A stretch of 58,590 nucleotides of DNA, filler included, from Streblomastix strix (taxonomy: Eukaryota), in NCBI GenBank assembly GCA_008636045.1. It is 3 parts of 3 records of this genome, joined end to end, with 100 filler letters (N's around TTAATTAATTAA, not from the genome) between each part and the next. Parts side by side here need not be neighbours in the genome. Positions count along the whole stretch, not along the records: positions 19,577 to 39,034 come from SNRW01000512.1; 2 more parts are not named here. The stretch is one strand, 5' to 3'. How positions within the stretch are numbered: the first letter of the stretch is position 1; each line of letters starts with the position of its first letter. The position numbers and the translations under genes were made by a program. Positions 25,101 through 39,134 of the stretch are shown one piece after another. The notes beneath the pieces are model-generated. The model saw only the letters and a program-made list of their open reading frames with translations. It was not told where the DNA came from and did not search any database.

Positions 25101-26931
25101 TTAAGTTATATTCTGCATAGTGTGTGGAACAAATGACTTTTATATGTAATACAATTTAACTTTCTTAACTATTTTTTCTCCGTTATTTTCACATTTTATA
25201 ATGTGTTTCTCATAGTCTCTTGAGTAATTTTTATCTTTAGGATCGAACGCTTTTGAATTACAATGTGGACAAAATTTCAATCCAGTTAATGCTTATTTAT
25301 TAGTTATGACGAAAACATGAGAAATTTTATTCCATTCCCAAATAGATTCAACAACTAATATTTCAATAGTTTTAATGCCTTCGAGGGCACTTGAGGTATT
25401 GTCCTATTTTTCATTTTAGTTTGCATAGCTTAAACCTACGGTTTCCTCACATTAATACATTATCTACATTCCCCTATAATAATTCTTATGCTCGATATCG
25501 TAATAGTAAACGCTTTTGTTAATTTTTAACTTTTATGATATGAAATTAGCGTATCTAGTTATATCTAATCCATCAAATGGTTTCAATAAATCAGTCATTT
25601 TTTCTACTCTTTGAATCGAATTGTAGCTCTAATACTTAAATTAAATACTCTCTACTAATGCTTATAATTTATTCACTATTGTAACGTTTCTCCTTTGAAT
25701 CAGGATATAATGCTTTTGCTATTGCTTCCATATAACAATTGTTATTATTTCCAGTATTTTTATATATGACATTTTTGCGACTATTACAATGAAAATCGAT
25801 TAATTCTTTCATACTAGCACCGACAATTTATGATTAAAGATTAAATGTTTTAATCATCATCGAATATATAACTAAGTATCGTTACCTTATATTGTCTAAT
25901 GTATAACTCTACATATTTATTATCTCAGATTTAATGTATTGTTAACATTCATTAATATCATCTTCAGATTATATAAATTTAGGAGCATGTTTTTGTATTC
26001 GAGTATCTCTAGGTAATATATATCCATAATCAACATAAACGAAATCATACTAATCATATTTATATTCTTCGTAAATTACTCCAAAATTGAATTGTATCTT
26101 GAATGCTTAATTGTGTTATTCCTCTTATATTTTATTAGCAAATTCTTCAATATTCATTAATGATTTGATCACATTATTGTAGTGTAATTCATTTAGTTAT
26201 CCAAGATCGTCTGTTTTAAGAATTGCACATTCACGAGCAAATCCTTATCTTGCATTAGAAACTGTAGCAATAAATTAATCCATATTCTCAAGAAGAAAAT
26301 ATAATAGAGTACCTGCAACATTATCAATTTTTCTTACATTTTATCCACTAAACTGATTAATTTTATCTTTAATCTCTCTATTTAGTCTGGCAGTTATTTA
26401 GTATTATAGATTCGCCTCTTATTCTTCTTCCATTATTCTTTAAGCTTATTCTTGTTCTTAGATGATAAAATCAGTCCAGAAATCATTAGCTTCCTATTAG
26501 TTTTATTCTCTGCGATATTTATATAAATCTTATTCTTATTAATTTGAATAATAATGAGTTAAATCTTAATGTAACTATAGATTTTATTCCTGTGTATCAT
26601 CATAGTAGATTTCTGCTTATTATTGCAATTATTCTATACGATATTCGTTTAAATCTTAATCTTATTGATTCTACTTGAAATGATTAACCAAATCTTTACT
26701 TTTGGCGGCACCAGAGATGCTAGATTTGATAATTTACTGATTATATTTATAAATTTATTTTTGATGTACCTTCAATTCATTATAATTATTTCTTCCACTC
26801 TTCTTATAACTAATTTTGTCTAAATATTCATTGAGTTAATCTTTAAACTAATTTATTTTTAATGTTTCTTCAATGTTTTTGTTATTGATTTTTTGCAGTT
26901 AAATTATCTCAGATTTCTTCATATAACCCAT
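22185..26931 (-). pseudogene. Protein-primed family B DNA polymerase polyprotein, copy 2, disrupted and with hairpin insertions
   Basis: ITYDLET, GFNSSKIDM, GVDFNSLYPS, KIVMNSSYG, FIEGHTDS (first Asp changed) and SLAPKNY. Collinear with copy 1. Confidence 0.92.
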
Positions 26932-26964
26932 TTGTTTAAAATAAATATAATTAATTTAGACAGA

Positions 26965-28799
26965 TCATTAAAATTATATCTCGAGAAATAAATTATTATA
27001 CATATCCATATATTGCATTGGTATCTTCCTTCCAAAATTATCATATAATGTAAACACTAACGATTTGTTCTATCCTACAAGGCATTACTGACTCATCATA
27101 TTCTATCCCCATAATACAGGTGCATCAACCAAATTCTATTTGAAACATACATTTGAGAATCAATATCTACTTGTTGATTAAAGAGTTATTCCTAATAATT
27201 AATTTTATACACAAATTATCAGTATTTATGGATACTCTAGAATATTCCCAATGTATGGCCAGACTATAGGAAGATCAACTTCTAGACTTTCAATATTATG
27301 ATTAGTTTAATAAAACCAAACTTCGAGATCAATTTGTTTAAATGCTGAAAATAAATTAACTAATTAATTGGCACCATTTTCGTTCTATCCATCATATAGA
27401 TCTTATCCACCAACTAACTGTACGTATAGATTTGGAGATAAAAGTATACGATTAGCGAACCAATAGTCGTTATTTTACTAACAATATTCAGTCACAACTT
27501 ATGGTATAAATTATCCATAATAATTAGTTCTTCCAACAGCTGTATAAATATTTTACCATTCAACAATACTAAATGCTGGCAATGAATTGATAATTATAAC
27601 TGGAAATGTGTAAATGTTATTAATGATTTATTATATTATTAATTGTTATACATTAATTGGTTAAGAATTTGATGTAGTAAATGTTCCATTAGCATTTATT
27701 TCAACTAAATTTCCGAATAGGTATCCAATTGATAAACCATTACCTTATATAAAATATATTGGTTCAACTGATATAATGTAATTATTGGATGGGAAATATA
27801 ATCGTATTAATCCAATCATTCGATATAACTCATTAACTGTAGTATCTAAAATCTGATAATGATAGAGAAATGCATCAATTCTATGGTTAATGTAATTGAT
27901 AGCAGAATTCACTAAGTCTTATCCTTAGTTCTAATTTAATGAGAACATATTATTCTATAATTTTTATTCAAGCTCATTATTTGCATTATTAAAATACATT
28001 GATCCACTATTCAAAGTTGATTATGGTCTAAAAAATTTCTCTGTTGTGTCAGTAAAATTAATATATTATGTCAGTGTTAGGAATAGTAATTATGGAGTAT
28101 ATTTATAGCCTTGTATTGTTTGATCTCTTTTATATGCATTATTTATTACAGTATTCAAGTTATTATGTATTGGAGGTAATCTATTTAGCAATTATCAATG
28201 AAACTTACCCTCTCCAATTTACTATTAGAAATAGATTTTTCGTCATTTTGCAGATTCAATGTTATTCTATATTTCAATGTAATCATTATTCAAATAATAT
28301 GTTAAATTAATTTGAATGATATTGAAGCTATTAACTTGAATGCTTTAACTTCCACTAAGGATAGTCGTTTGCCGTGTTACATAATTCTTATTTGAATCTG
28401 AGTTGATAATTTATAAGCCGATGTTAGTCATTTCATTGAAACAAAAATAAACTCATACTCTTTCATTTAAATACTATATCAATTTCATTACTGCAGATTG
28501 ACTGTTCTCCGAAGCTATTTATATAATATCTTTTAACTGTTCCATTTTTAAACGTTTATTGTATTGTCTTAATATAAAACTCAATTTTATGTCAGGATAA
28601 TTTTTTGTCGCTTGAGATATAAGTTAGCTCAAAAACGTAGAGTAAGTCATAAATTTTTCACAATTTATTTTTGCAATACTTTTAATCTAGAAAAATAATA
28701 TCATTTTAGTAAAGTTATTATTAATAAAATGCTTGATATGATGATTAGAAAGTCCCAACATATTGGATTACATTTATTAGGTTATTAATTTGTTTCCAT
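26965..28799 (-). pseudogene. Probable minor capsid (penton) protein, copy 2, ~600 codons with internal TGA and frameshifts
   Basis: Near-complete frame ending LVFTLYDNFGRKIPMQ..MDMYNNLFLEIQFQ-TGA. Homologous to 18303-19476. Confidence 0.55.
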
Positions 28800-28836
28800 T
28801 TATTTATTGCTAAAATTTAAATTATATTCAATTAAA

Positions 28837-29872
28837 ATGTAGAGATCAGTCAAATAATTTAAATCAACTAGTCCAAAGTAAAAGAAAAAGTAGAAAAATC
28901 GAGAAATTAACCACAAGCGTCAAATATAAAGGAATATATATAAATAAATAAAAGTATACACATAAATCATAGCTCATTGATTCGATGTAAGTAGCTAAAG
29001 TATCTTAGATTTTAAAAGATATGGGATCAGTAGAAACTGTTAAAGGAAGATTAACTAGAGATTAATATAAAAATATTATCAATTATAATATTAAAACTGA
29101 TCCAACTATTTCGATATAAGAAGCTGATGCATGAATATAAAGATATAAAGGGGAAATTAGAAAATAGAGAATATATGGAAGATATGATCCTTAGAATCTA
29201 ATATAAAGCAGTAGAGAAGCTTAATAGTTGGTAAACAATTTACTAATTCCAAAATCTTAGCAACTTACGAAAGAAGTGGATGTAGATAATAATCAAAATA
29301 TTAATGCTCGTTTTGATTAATCATCACATGATGTTGGTTCAAAAATAGAACCGTCAGCACATGATCCAAGTATATATGATAGTGATGATGAAAGAGTGGG
29401 AAAGTTTGGAGGATACAATCGTTACTAAATAAAATTTTAATTTGACTTAAATCCATTCGAAACAAGTACCGAATAATTCATCTACTTTGCATCATAAGAT
29501 CATTCTCATTAATAACATATTGATTAAAAGAAAGTACAAAATTAATAATATAAATAACTAATTTAAGATAATAAAGAAACAAACAAAGATCTATAATATA
29601 TTGGAAGATTAGATTGAGGATAAAAACCAGTGCATCCATGGTATGGAAAATATCCTAACGAGCCACAAAAAGTAGTTGATTATAAAGTTATTGATTAGGA
29701 AGCGTTAACAGCGAGATAATGTAAAGTACTGTTATCAAAGGAAGAACGATTAAACTTGGATTAACCTAAATCGCATCACTTTTCAAAATCTCAAAAATAA
29801 GGTATTTTTATGTAAATTATTATATAGAGAATTTTTATAACAATAGTATAAACTTTTGATTTTAAATTTTGA
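28837..29872 (+). pseudogene. Element hypothetical protein with basic N-terminus, disrupted
   Basis: MQRSVKQFKSTSPKQKKK, then after a frame change KIEKLTTSVKYKG...KPVHPWYGKYPNEP with two internal TGA. Intronless and divergent from the penton gene across 37 bp. Confidence 0.5.
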
Positions 29873-31354
29873 TTTTCAATATTTATCTTTAATTGGAAAC
29901 ATAACTAAATATTATATGTTAATATTAATGCAAAATAGATGTTATTGAATTACTTTATTAATTGTTGGATGCATTATTAATATAATATCAATTTCCCAGC
30001 TCTCTAATTCAGGTGAGAAGTAGGGACGTTAATACTTCTTTAATGGTTTCAATTAATTATCTTATACTATTTAGGTTTAATTTTTAACTTTGCTCCTAAA
30101 TAGATTCTTAATTCTATATGGATCCTATTAAACCTTAGTTTTTGCCTAAGGTTTTACATTGTGCTTTATTTGTTCGGCATAATACTTTTATAAAATATCA
30201 AGATAAATCTTATACTATTAAGAAACAGTTTCATCTTCGAACAATTGCTATAAATTATTTACATTGAATTATTTTTTAAATACAATATCCAAATATGGTA
30301 AAATAGCATATTGGCGTGGTGGACTAACGTTTATTCGTTAGTTTTGTTGGGGAAGGTGTGCCGTAGGTGGATTATTCATATGTATTAGTGTTTATTTATT
30401 CATTCATATATTCGTGTGGACGATTAATGCTTTCCGATATGTTTATTCGATAGTTTTGGGGAAGATTGGCTGCTGTAGTTTTAGAATCATATTAATACAA
30501 ATCGATTTGTTACGCATATTCAATTAGCGTGGGTAAATTGATATAAATTAATATGATTTTGAAGTTATTGCAAACTTCTTCTTTGCATACTATTTATAAT
30601 ATAATAGATTCTTCCTTCATTCGACAAAGTTACTAAAATTGAGCTATTCCTTCAACCTAAGAAAGATGAATATTCAGACGAAGAAGAATCAACAGAAAAT
30701 GAATAAAATTAAAACTTTACAAATTGCAGTATGATGACATGCAGAAAAAGAAAGAAAAATTTTAGGGAGGAAGCAAATGCTGCTTTTTATTATGATTTTA
30801 CTTTTCAAGCGTTTTAATTCTTTGTCTTAAGTAGGTGTTTACTAAATTAAATATGTATTTCTTTTATATCTCTTTTTTTAAAAAATATGATATAATTGAC
30901 ATTTAATAAAATTATAATTTTCAATACTATCTGATATGTTTATTTAACATTATGAATATATAGCTAATTTAATTATTAATTACAATTCAATAATTAAAAA
31001 TTATTTAAAAAATCTCACAGATTTAAAAATAATTAATCATTATTAATAAACAGAACTATAAATTTCTCAGAAATTGTATTATTAATAATGGGTATGAAGA
31101 AATATATTAGTGTTTGAGTTATAGAATTAAATATTAGAAATAAAGTAAGAAGGCAGAAGAAATTAATCATAAGAATAAGAAAGTTACAATATTAATAAAG
31201 ACAATTAAAAAAAATTAATATACTAAAAATCTCAGATATAAATTAATAAAAATAAAATATAATAAATAAGATTTATTTCATAATTGTATATCTTTAACAG
31301 TATATTTGCGATTTTATGAAATAAAGAAATCTATTAATAAAAAAGAAACAATAA

Positions 31355-34300
31355 TCAATTCTATTAATTAGATTTAGCAAAATTTTCGTTATCTGATCCA
31401 TCTTTCACTATTTATTGAATATCTGTTAAGACATTTCCATCATCTTTCATCTTAGCCACAACTAATGGAATCTCATCAGATTTATTCTTGCTTGATTTAA
31501 TGGACGAACCAGAGGGAAGAATTAATATTGGAATAGTTTCAGGTATTAGTGGATTATTATCAGCAAATATCATAGGAGAATTGGTAAGATCAAACACACT
31601 TTCAACTGCATGAAATTATTGGGAATGAGGTTATCGTTATGACAAAAATGATTATGTTGTTTTAAAATTACCAGAGTTGGAAGAGAATTGTATAGTTTAT
31701 GGTTAAGTTTCATTTGAAATGCTTTCTTAATTAGATTAAATCAAATTAGAAGAATTAATTGTTTCTTTAGATTCCAGGTTTATTTATTCATATTTCATCC
31801 TAGAATCATTGTTTGGAATTGTTCCAATATTTTCGCTCCAATCTAAGTCTTGTTATGCTTGGTTGAAATGCGGGAAATGAACATTGAATTAAACACGCTG
31901 CAATTAAGTTTTTTATATTTTTTCAATATTTTAGTCCAATATATCAAATTCTTATTAAACTTCTTTGCTTTCATTATTTTAATCTAAACCTATTTATTTA
32001 TCAATGCTTTATTGTTGGAATGAATGCTCTTCTACTGTTTCTACATTTAAATTAACTGTTTACTATTTTTCGTTTTCTATCGGAGAGACGTGAATATTTT
32101 AAATTTATCCTTCATCAACTTATTGATTAATAAACCTTCCTGACATTCTGTTGTCATGATCCTAGCCAGTTTTAATATTTTTTCTTTTATCTGATTTTAA
32201 TTCTTTTTCAAACTTTTTATCAGACTTTTTTTCATTCGTTAATTTTACATCTTTATCTTTTTCATGTTTGTGTTTCTTTCCAGTTTGTTGATCCTTTCCT
32301 TTTTCATAATTCTGTTTACGTTTAATTTCTTTATTATAATCAAGAGTTTTCTCAGTTTCTTGTTTAACCAAAAGATTTTCATCCTTTGAATTTATTTATG
32401 TTTGTTATTAGTTAGAATGTTTTGGAGTAAACGGTGGAATTTTTTATAGTTTTATAGGTTATTTAACAATTTATTATTTCTTTTGAATTTCCATTCCATT
32501 TTCTGGAAAGTTTTATTACATTGTTTATTATTGTGGTTAAGAAATTTATAGAGGTTTCTCGGTTTATTATTTAGAAACATGTTTCAAAGGTGTCGTCATA
32601 TATACAGGAAATTAATCTTACTTAAATTTAGACATAAAATTTGATTCTTCTTCAGATGTTGAATTTTCTTCATTCAAATTGAGATGAATTTTATTATACA
32701 ATTCTTTACTTCTACTGGCCATCTGCACATTCTTGTTTTCTTTCACCAATGAATTGAATAATCTATTCATATTAAGACTATAACCAGCATTTTCCAATTT
32801 TTATCTATTATAACTCAATTTCTCAGATATATGAATTATATCAAGAGAATATTCAGATGTATTAATGTTAGATCTCTTTGATATTTTAATTGGTTATGCT
32901 CCAAGATCTTCTGGAATATTTCCATCTAATGAAGGATCATCTTTGAATCTTATATCACTTTTGAATTATATTCCAACTTATTAACCTAGAATTTCATTTC
33001 GATATTTATACCATAATTGATAATCCATTTTTCTTTCTCGATTATGTGATTATAGAAATTCGTACTTTATTTTTTAAATAAAATTGCCTTTAGGATATTT
33101 CATTGCAAGAAAAAGTTGTTTGATTCCGATTCGAGACTATTTTGTTAATAATTGCATATAACTAGCTATATCACTAGGAATATCTCCATGCAGCATATCT
33201 GACGGTTTAGAAATTGAACAAAGTAGTGCATATGTAACATTTTTAAGCAAAGCTTCTTGGTTTGAGAGTTATATTTCATCTTAAGTCCCTTCTGGATAAT
33301 TTGAGCTTTCATAACTCTTGATTATACGCCGAATAATTTCACGAGTTATTAAACGATGCTGACTCATCGTTTTCATATAGAACACCAATTATTGAAATGC
33401 ATTCACTATCTTTCGATAAGTCAGATGCTTATAACTCGTAGCAGTTACTGTTACAGGCATCGGAGAAAATCCAAATATTACGTTTGAAGGTGAGAATCTT
33501 CCACATCTAAGTCCATAAATATTTGGAATGTAGTCGTGCAATGGTACTGGAGGTTAACGTGCAATCCGGCCAGTTGAAACGAATTCGCGTAATGCTTATT
33601 CGATTATTGTTAATCGGAATGATTTCGTTTCAACATCATGATAGTTTTCAATAATTTATTACGAATAGTACCTCCAAATGTCCCCAAAGTTCATATCAAG
33701 CATGGCCATAACATGTATTACGATGTACAAGTCTCTTAAAGGAATGTTATCATATACAGTTAAAACAGATCTCATTATTTCTCCAGAGCGAGAGAAAATT
33801 GCGAAAGACGGAATTAATGGCAAATTTTGCAATGCTCCCTTTGGTGTAATTGCCATTCTAGATTGAATAATCCGATTCTTTTATTCAACTGATAATTATT
33901 TATCATCATCTAAATCTTCAGCATAAAGTTCATCCTAATCTTCTTCTTCTACTTTCTCAATAATAGTATAATTTGATTCATTATTACTAACTTCGGGTTT
34001 ATTAGATTATTCATTTGCTAGGTTTTGTTCATTACTAGATTTATCTTATGTTTATTCAGATGGTTTTAAAAATTACTATTTTAATAATTCTATATTACTT
34101 AACATTTTTCTAAATAAATTATTTTTTATTCCTCCAAATACTGCATTTTATCCTGAATTACTTCTTTGAATAAATGAAAAATGTTGATAGGTGGGAATTC
34201 TCGCATTCAACACCAAACACATTGGAAGATATTCGTATCCATCATATTCAACTGTTCTAATGTTTTTGGATGCACTTTTTTACTTCATTTTCTTGTAAAG

Positions 34301-37300
34301 TGGATTTGGTAGTAAAGCATAGATAAAAATTTCTAAATCTCCAACAATTCCAAATTGATTGATTCCAAGTTGCGCTGAATCTATTATTAGAGTTGGTGAA
34401 TATGCTTGTGCAATCAGCCGAGTTTAGTGACAAAACAATGATGCAGCTCGAACAAGATCTTTCGGTCTATGCTTCAACTATATTCCTGCAACAGAAGCTA
34501 AATCAGATGCAGATATTGAAGGAAGTTTAATTTATGATTAAGTTTAATTAACTTCTATATATTAAGAGATAGCTGATGATTTATCAATAATTTATTGTTT
34601 ATTATCTTATTAATCTTCTTTGGTAATATTATCGGGTTTGTTTGATAAATTTCTTTTTTATTGAATTTGCAATTTGTTTATTGGATTATTATGATAAATT
34701 CCAAAGTTTCTATTGCAATGACGACATCTTGGTTATGCAAAACATAATGGCATTATTGACACATTTGGCAATTTAATATTCTCTTAATCATTCTTTATAT
34801 GAAAAACTAACAACGATGGAGGAATATATGAAGATTTTTGAATTGAATTTGAAGTATTAATTAATTATTTTGATTTCCTTTATTATTTTGATTTTAAATT
34901 TTTCCTATAATTCTTCTCCAACTTTTTCTTAGTATTAATAATTTATTTCGATTTAGCAATCATTTTTTCAACAAGTTCGCCATCTTTTGGATTAAAAGCG
35001 CATAACCTACGCCTTTAAAAGAATGTTATGTGGTTCAGTTGTTATATTTAACTAATCTATATATTAACGAATGCAAATCCAGTTGGTGCAAATACAAGCG
35101 AAGCTCGAAGATGTTAGGGCACCATCATATATGAAGGAATAATGTTTGATTTCTTATGATTAACAGTCAGTGATTTATAAGATGTTTCGTGGTGATAGTT
35201 ACTCTCAGATAGAACAGAATATGGAAGTGGAACAACAGATGGGCGACTTTAAAATTAACTTAACTAGAAATCAGTTATTGGAGACGGAGCAATGATGAGT
35301 GAAATATTTCTAATATTGAATGTAAAAGGACTTGGAATCAGATACGACTCTAAAGATTGTGTTGGAATAGTTGATGTTTCATTGTTATATGTATAATATT
35401 GTCTCATTTTTAACAATGATAGTTGGAATTACGTCTTCAATTATCCTTTGCTGTCATTCAAATTACGCACATTGGAAACAGATGCATGAAATGGTGTAGA
35501 TGGGAAAAGATTTCCATTTTCTGAGAAAAGAGGATTTGTACATGAACAATATTCAATGTTGATATATTCATTATTATTCGTTTAAACAGGATTCTGCAAT
35601 TATTCATTAACGTTTTTTAGTTTGTTTTTAATATTCTTTAATTTCTTTGATTGATTTTAATTTTGAAGGTCTTCTTTCTTAGAAGTTAAATTGTATATCT
35701 TGCTTAAAGTTGTTACTTCACCATCATCCAATCGAGATCCAACAATAAAAACGAAAGCAGCTCTTCCATTCAAAACAACAAGTGTTGATGGAAAACCATA
35801 GATTCCTTGAACTCCTCCAAAAATTCGAATTCTTTTTCGAAGTGTCAATGAAATATTCAGTATTTTCATTCTATTGTAAATAGATGTCATCGGACTAGTT
35901 GACAGATCAGCATATGTGTGCTAAATTTTATCAGATTCATCAATTGCATTTTGAATCTGATCATCAGTGAAATGGATAAAATTATTATTATTATCGGATT
36001 AAGTTTTATTTTAGCTAAACTCATTTTCATTGAGTTGATCCTCAAGAATTTATCGAGATATATGTCTTGAATTTTCAAGAATGTGATGGCGAACAACTTC
36101 AAATATGAAAATGTCAGTTATCATGCTTTCATAAAACATTTCATTTTCTATATCAGGAACTTATTATTATGATTAAGAGTCTTCTTTATTTGAAGCAGTT
36201 TCTTGTTCTGATGAACCAACTGAACTTTCTCTTCCAAGAACACATAAAAGCGAACGAGCAAATCTATCATTGAACTCGTCTGTGTTCATAACACTTAAAA
36301 GATCAGTTTTAATTTATGTTTTGTTTTCCTTCTTTTAATCTTCTTATATTTTCATTCTTTAAATAAAATATTCATTTTCATCAAACTTAATTTCTTTATC
36401 ATCAGTGTTTCCATTGTTTACGTTCAATTTATTATCTTCATCATTTTAATTAGATTAAGACATTTTATATGTTTTATTATTCAATAATTATTACTGAAAA
36501 TTCATCAAGTTTTATGTTTATTTAATATCTGATTTGGTTTTATTATTTTCTACATCTTCAATCATTTTATTAATATTATCCAATTTTTTTGTATCATATT
36601 ATAATTCTCTTGATGATTATTCAAGTTCATTAATTGTGCTTCGTTAGACTTTTATTTATTCATTAAGTCCTTGTTGTGTTGGAATTGTTACACAAACCAT
36701 ACTGAAATAATTGTATAATTGTGTATTAATATATTTAGTATTCAGATTATAATAATTTTCAAATGTTTAAGGTTCAATTGGTTATAATTATTACTAAGAA
36801 GAAGATTATTATTATTAATTATTATTCTTTTTTCCAAAATCTAACTTAAGATTTGATAAATTAATCTACCCAATAGGGAGATGCATTTCAGCTTCATCAT
36901 ACAGGATTATTATAAAGGAATTCGATACAGTACGAACATATTCATCAAATGACTTGTTTTATAGATTAACAGCATTTACAAACGAATTTGATCTTGTGAT
37001 AATATTATGATCAGAAGAAGTAGGGATAGGTGATGAATGATTAGATTTAATAATTGAATATTATTTCTGATTAAATTAAGGCAAAGGAAGATTTTCATTA
37101 ATTTGTATATCATTCGAATCATCCATTTTCGATTATAGATTTTCATCTTTAACCATCAACAATTCTTTGTCTCCAACAAATATTGATTGCTTTTTCATCG
37201 CATTCAATCGTAAGCTTCGATTCTTTATCGCTTATGCTACATTTGCAGGTGATATCCAACTTGGATATCCAACAGAGAAATTTGTCTTATATGATGAATA

Positions 37301-39034
37301 ACCTAAATTGACTTTTGGAACATTGAATTTGTAAGGAGGAAATCTTTTAGGTCGGAAATCTTTGAAATGTTTCGTGTGTGATTCAATGAACTAATCAGCT
37401 GCAATGTCAATAAATGGATCACCTTTAAAATCTTTTTCTGGGATTGATTCGTGGAAGAATTAACCAGAAACTTAATATTTGTCATAATTACTTTTTGAAG
37501 AATTAATATCCATATTTTGAGTTTCATTATTTGGAGTTGGTGGATCTTAATAAAGCTAATTATTTTATCTTATTTTCCATTTTGATTCAAGATAATGAAT
37601 AAAGATGTTATGAAATGGTTTAAACATTTATTATTCTAGATTGAATATTCCAGATACATCCAATCCTAATCCAACAAGTGAAACTGACTTTGTGTTATTT
37701 ACATATTGTGTGATTTGTGATTATTATTATTATTACTGTTATTTTCTTTTATCCTATCCCCTTCGTAATGTATTTTACTATATAATATTATCAAAGAACT
37801 CATTATCATCTTATATTGGTTAATAATATGGATATTGAGAATATTCTCTGCAAAGAACAGCAATAGCTTTCATTGTTGGAATGTGAGCAATTGAAAGTGG
37901 AATAGAAGAAAGATCTTTGATTTATCTGGTTATTATTCTTCTCTTATCAATTGTCCCAAAAGTGAGTCTTTATTCAACATAATCAATCCAAGCGATGGTT
38001 GGATGAGGCATTTGTGTTAATTGGGTATCACATTTTGAACTGAGTTACGATCCTTTCTAACTTTGTACATCACTTTCTTCGCTTGATTCTTGATCCTATT
38101 TAAATGATAGTGTTGGTTGTTCATCAACAACACGCATTGGTGCAAGTGAATGAATTATACCTGTGCATTCTAAATCAGACCACATAATCTAACATGTATT
38201 GTAGTTCCATGTCAGAGCAAATGCACGATCTCCATATAAGTACACAATTTAACCATCTTCTGCAATTTTAACTATTTGCGGGAATAATCGCATAGTTGTT
38301 ACAACTGATGGAAAGAAGAATTATGTTTTCCCTCCTTTTTTATCTTTTTTCTGCAATTCTGGAGGAAAATCAAGTATTGCAGACAAAGGAATAAGAGCAG
38401 TTGCCAATTATCCATTACAACCAGCAATCATCAGAGCAGCTCCATCATTCTATAAGTAACATCTCTATGAATCTTAACTGATGAATTCAACTGGTGATGA
38501 TACTTATTATTATTGAATTTGATTTGTTGGAGATAGAACGGTAGGAGAATGAGTAGTTGCAGTAACTATGGTAATATCTTTAGCTTCTTCTGGAGTATAA
38601 ATGCAGATCTGATTATCGAGTGTGGTTAATAAGATTTGATCTGGTCGGTCATATGGAAATAGATCAAGTATTCTCGTCATTGTAATATTAGTTGAATAAA
38701 ATACTTCAACGTATTGGTGGGAACCACTGAGCACTTCAATGAATCTAATTTATTTGGATTATGGTCTTTCTTTATCAGACGATTTTATTGGACTTGGTAT
38801 AGTGTCATTCTATATTATTGAACATTAATTCCCTTCTCCAATTCGAATCGAGTGTTTGTTTTTCAATTAATTAAATTCATAATTATATTTAATTCCATTT
38901 TAGATTACAAGTTCTGGATCTGGTCTTTGAACAGTTGGATAAGCCAATTTGTATTTCATACTATCCAACAACTTCTCACCATCATCCCAAATCTTCTTTC
39001 TTTTATCAACTGATTATTATGCAATTTATAGACT
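31355..39034 (-). CDS. Very large DDB1/CPSF-A/SF3B3-family-like beta-propeller protein (>2500 aa, 5' end off contig, apparently intronless)
   Basis: Five ORF-track fragments (starting at 31597, 32371, 33856, 35890, 38734) share one frame once TAA/TAG are read as Gln. IVYLYGDRAFALTWNYNTCQIMWSDL and LTFGTIDKRRIITRQIKDLSSIPLSIAHIPTMKAIAV resemble DDB1 VFACSDRPTVI and LTIGTIDEIQKLHIRTVPL..PRKI. The CDS is well supported; the family is less certain. Confidence 0.6.
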
Positions 39035-39134
39035 NNNNNNNNNNNNNNNNNNNNNNNNNNNNNNNNNNNNNNNNNNNNTTAATTAATTAANNNNNNNNNN
39101 NNNNNNNNNNNNNNNNNNNNNNNNNNNNNNNNNN
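39035..39134. other. Artificial contig spacer
   Basis: 44 N + TTAATTAATTAA + 44 N. Confidence 0.97.

Larger units (their letters stand above)
20584..29872. mobile_element. Endogenous Polinton/Maverick-like virus, copy 2 (partial, degenerate)
   Basis: Same gene order as copy 1 (hydrophobic ORF, ATPase, pPolB, penton) with obvious nucleotide homology, plus one further ORF. Boundaries are approximate and no terminal repeats were recognised. Confidence 0.9.

Noticed and set aside
12271..29872. Apparent tandem duplication of the viral element
   Set aside because: The two copies are on different contigs separated by a spacer, so their adjacency is an artefact.
29900..30850. Short coding-like patches and a duplicated GTTTATTCG.TAGTTTTG..GGGGAAG motif after element copy 2
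   Set aside because: No coherent ORF, family or terminal repeat could be supported.
1..39034. Functional clustering of CRT10-like and DDB1/Mms1-like genes (partners in yeast)
   Set aside because: They are on different contigs, so co-occurrence in this window is coincidental.
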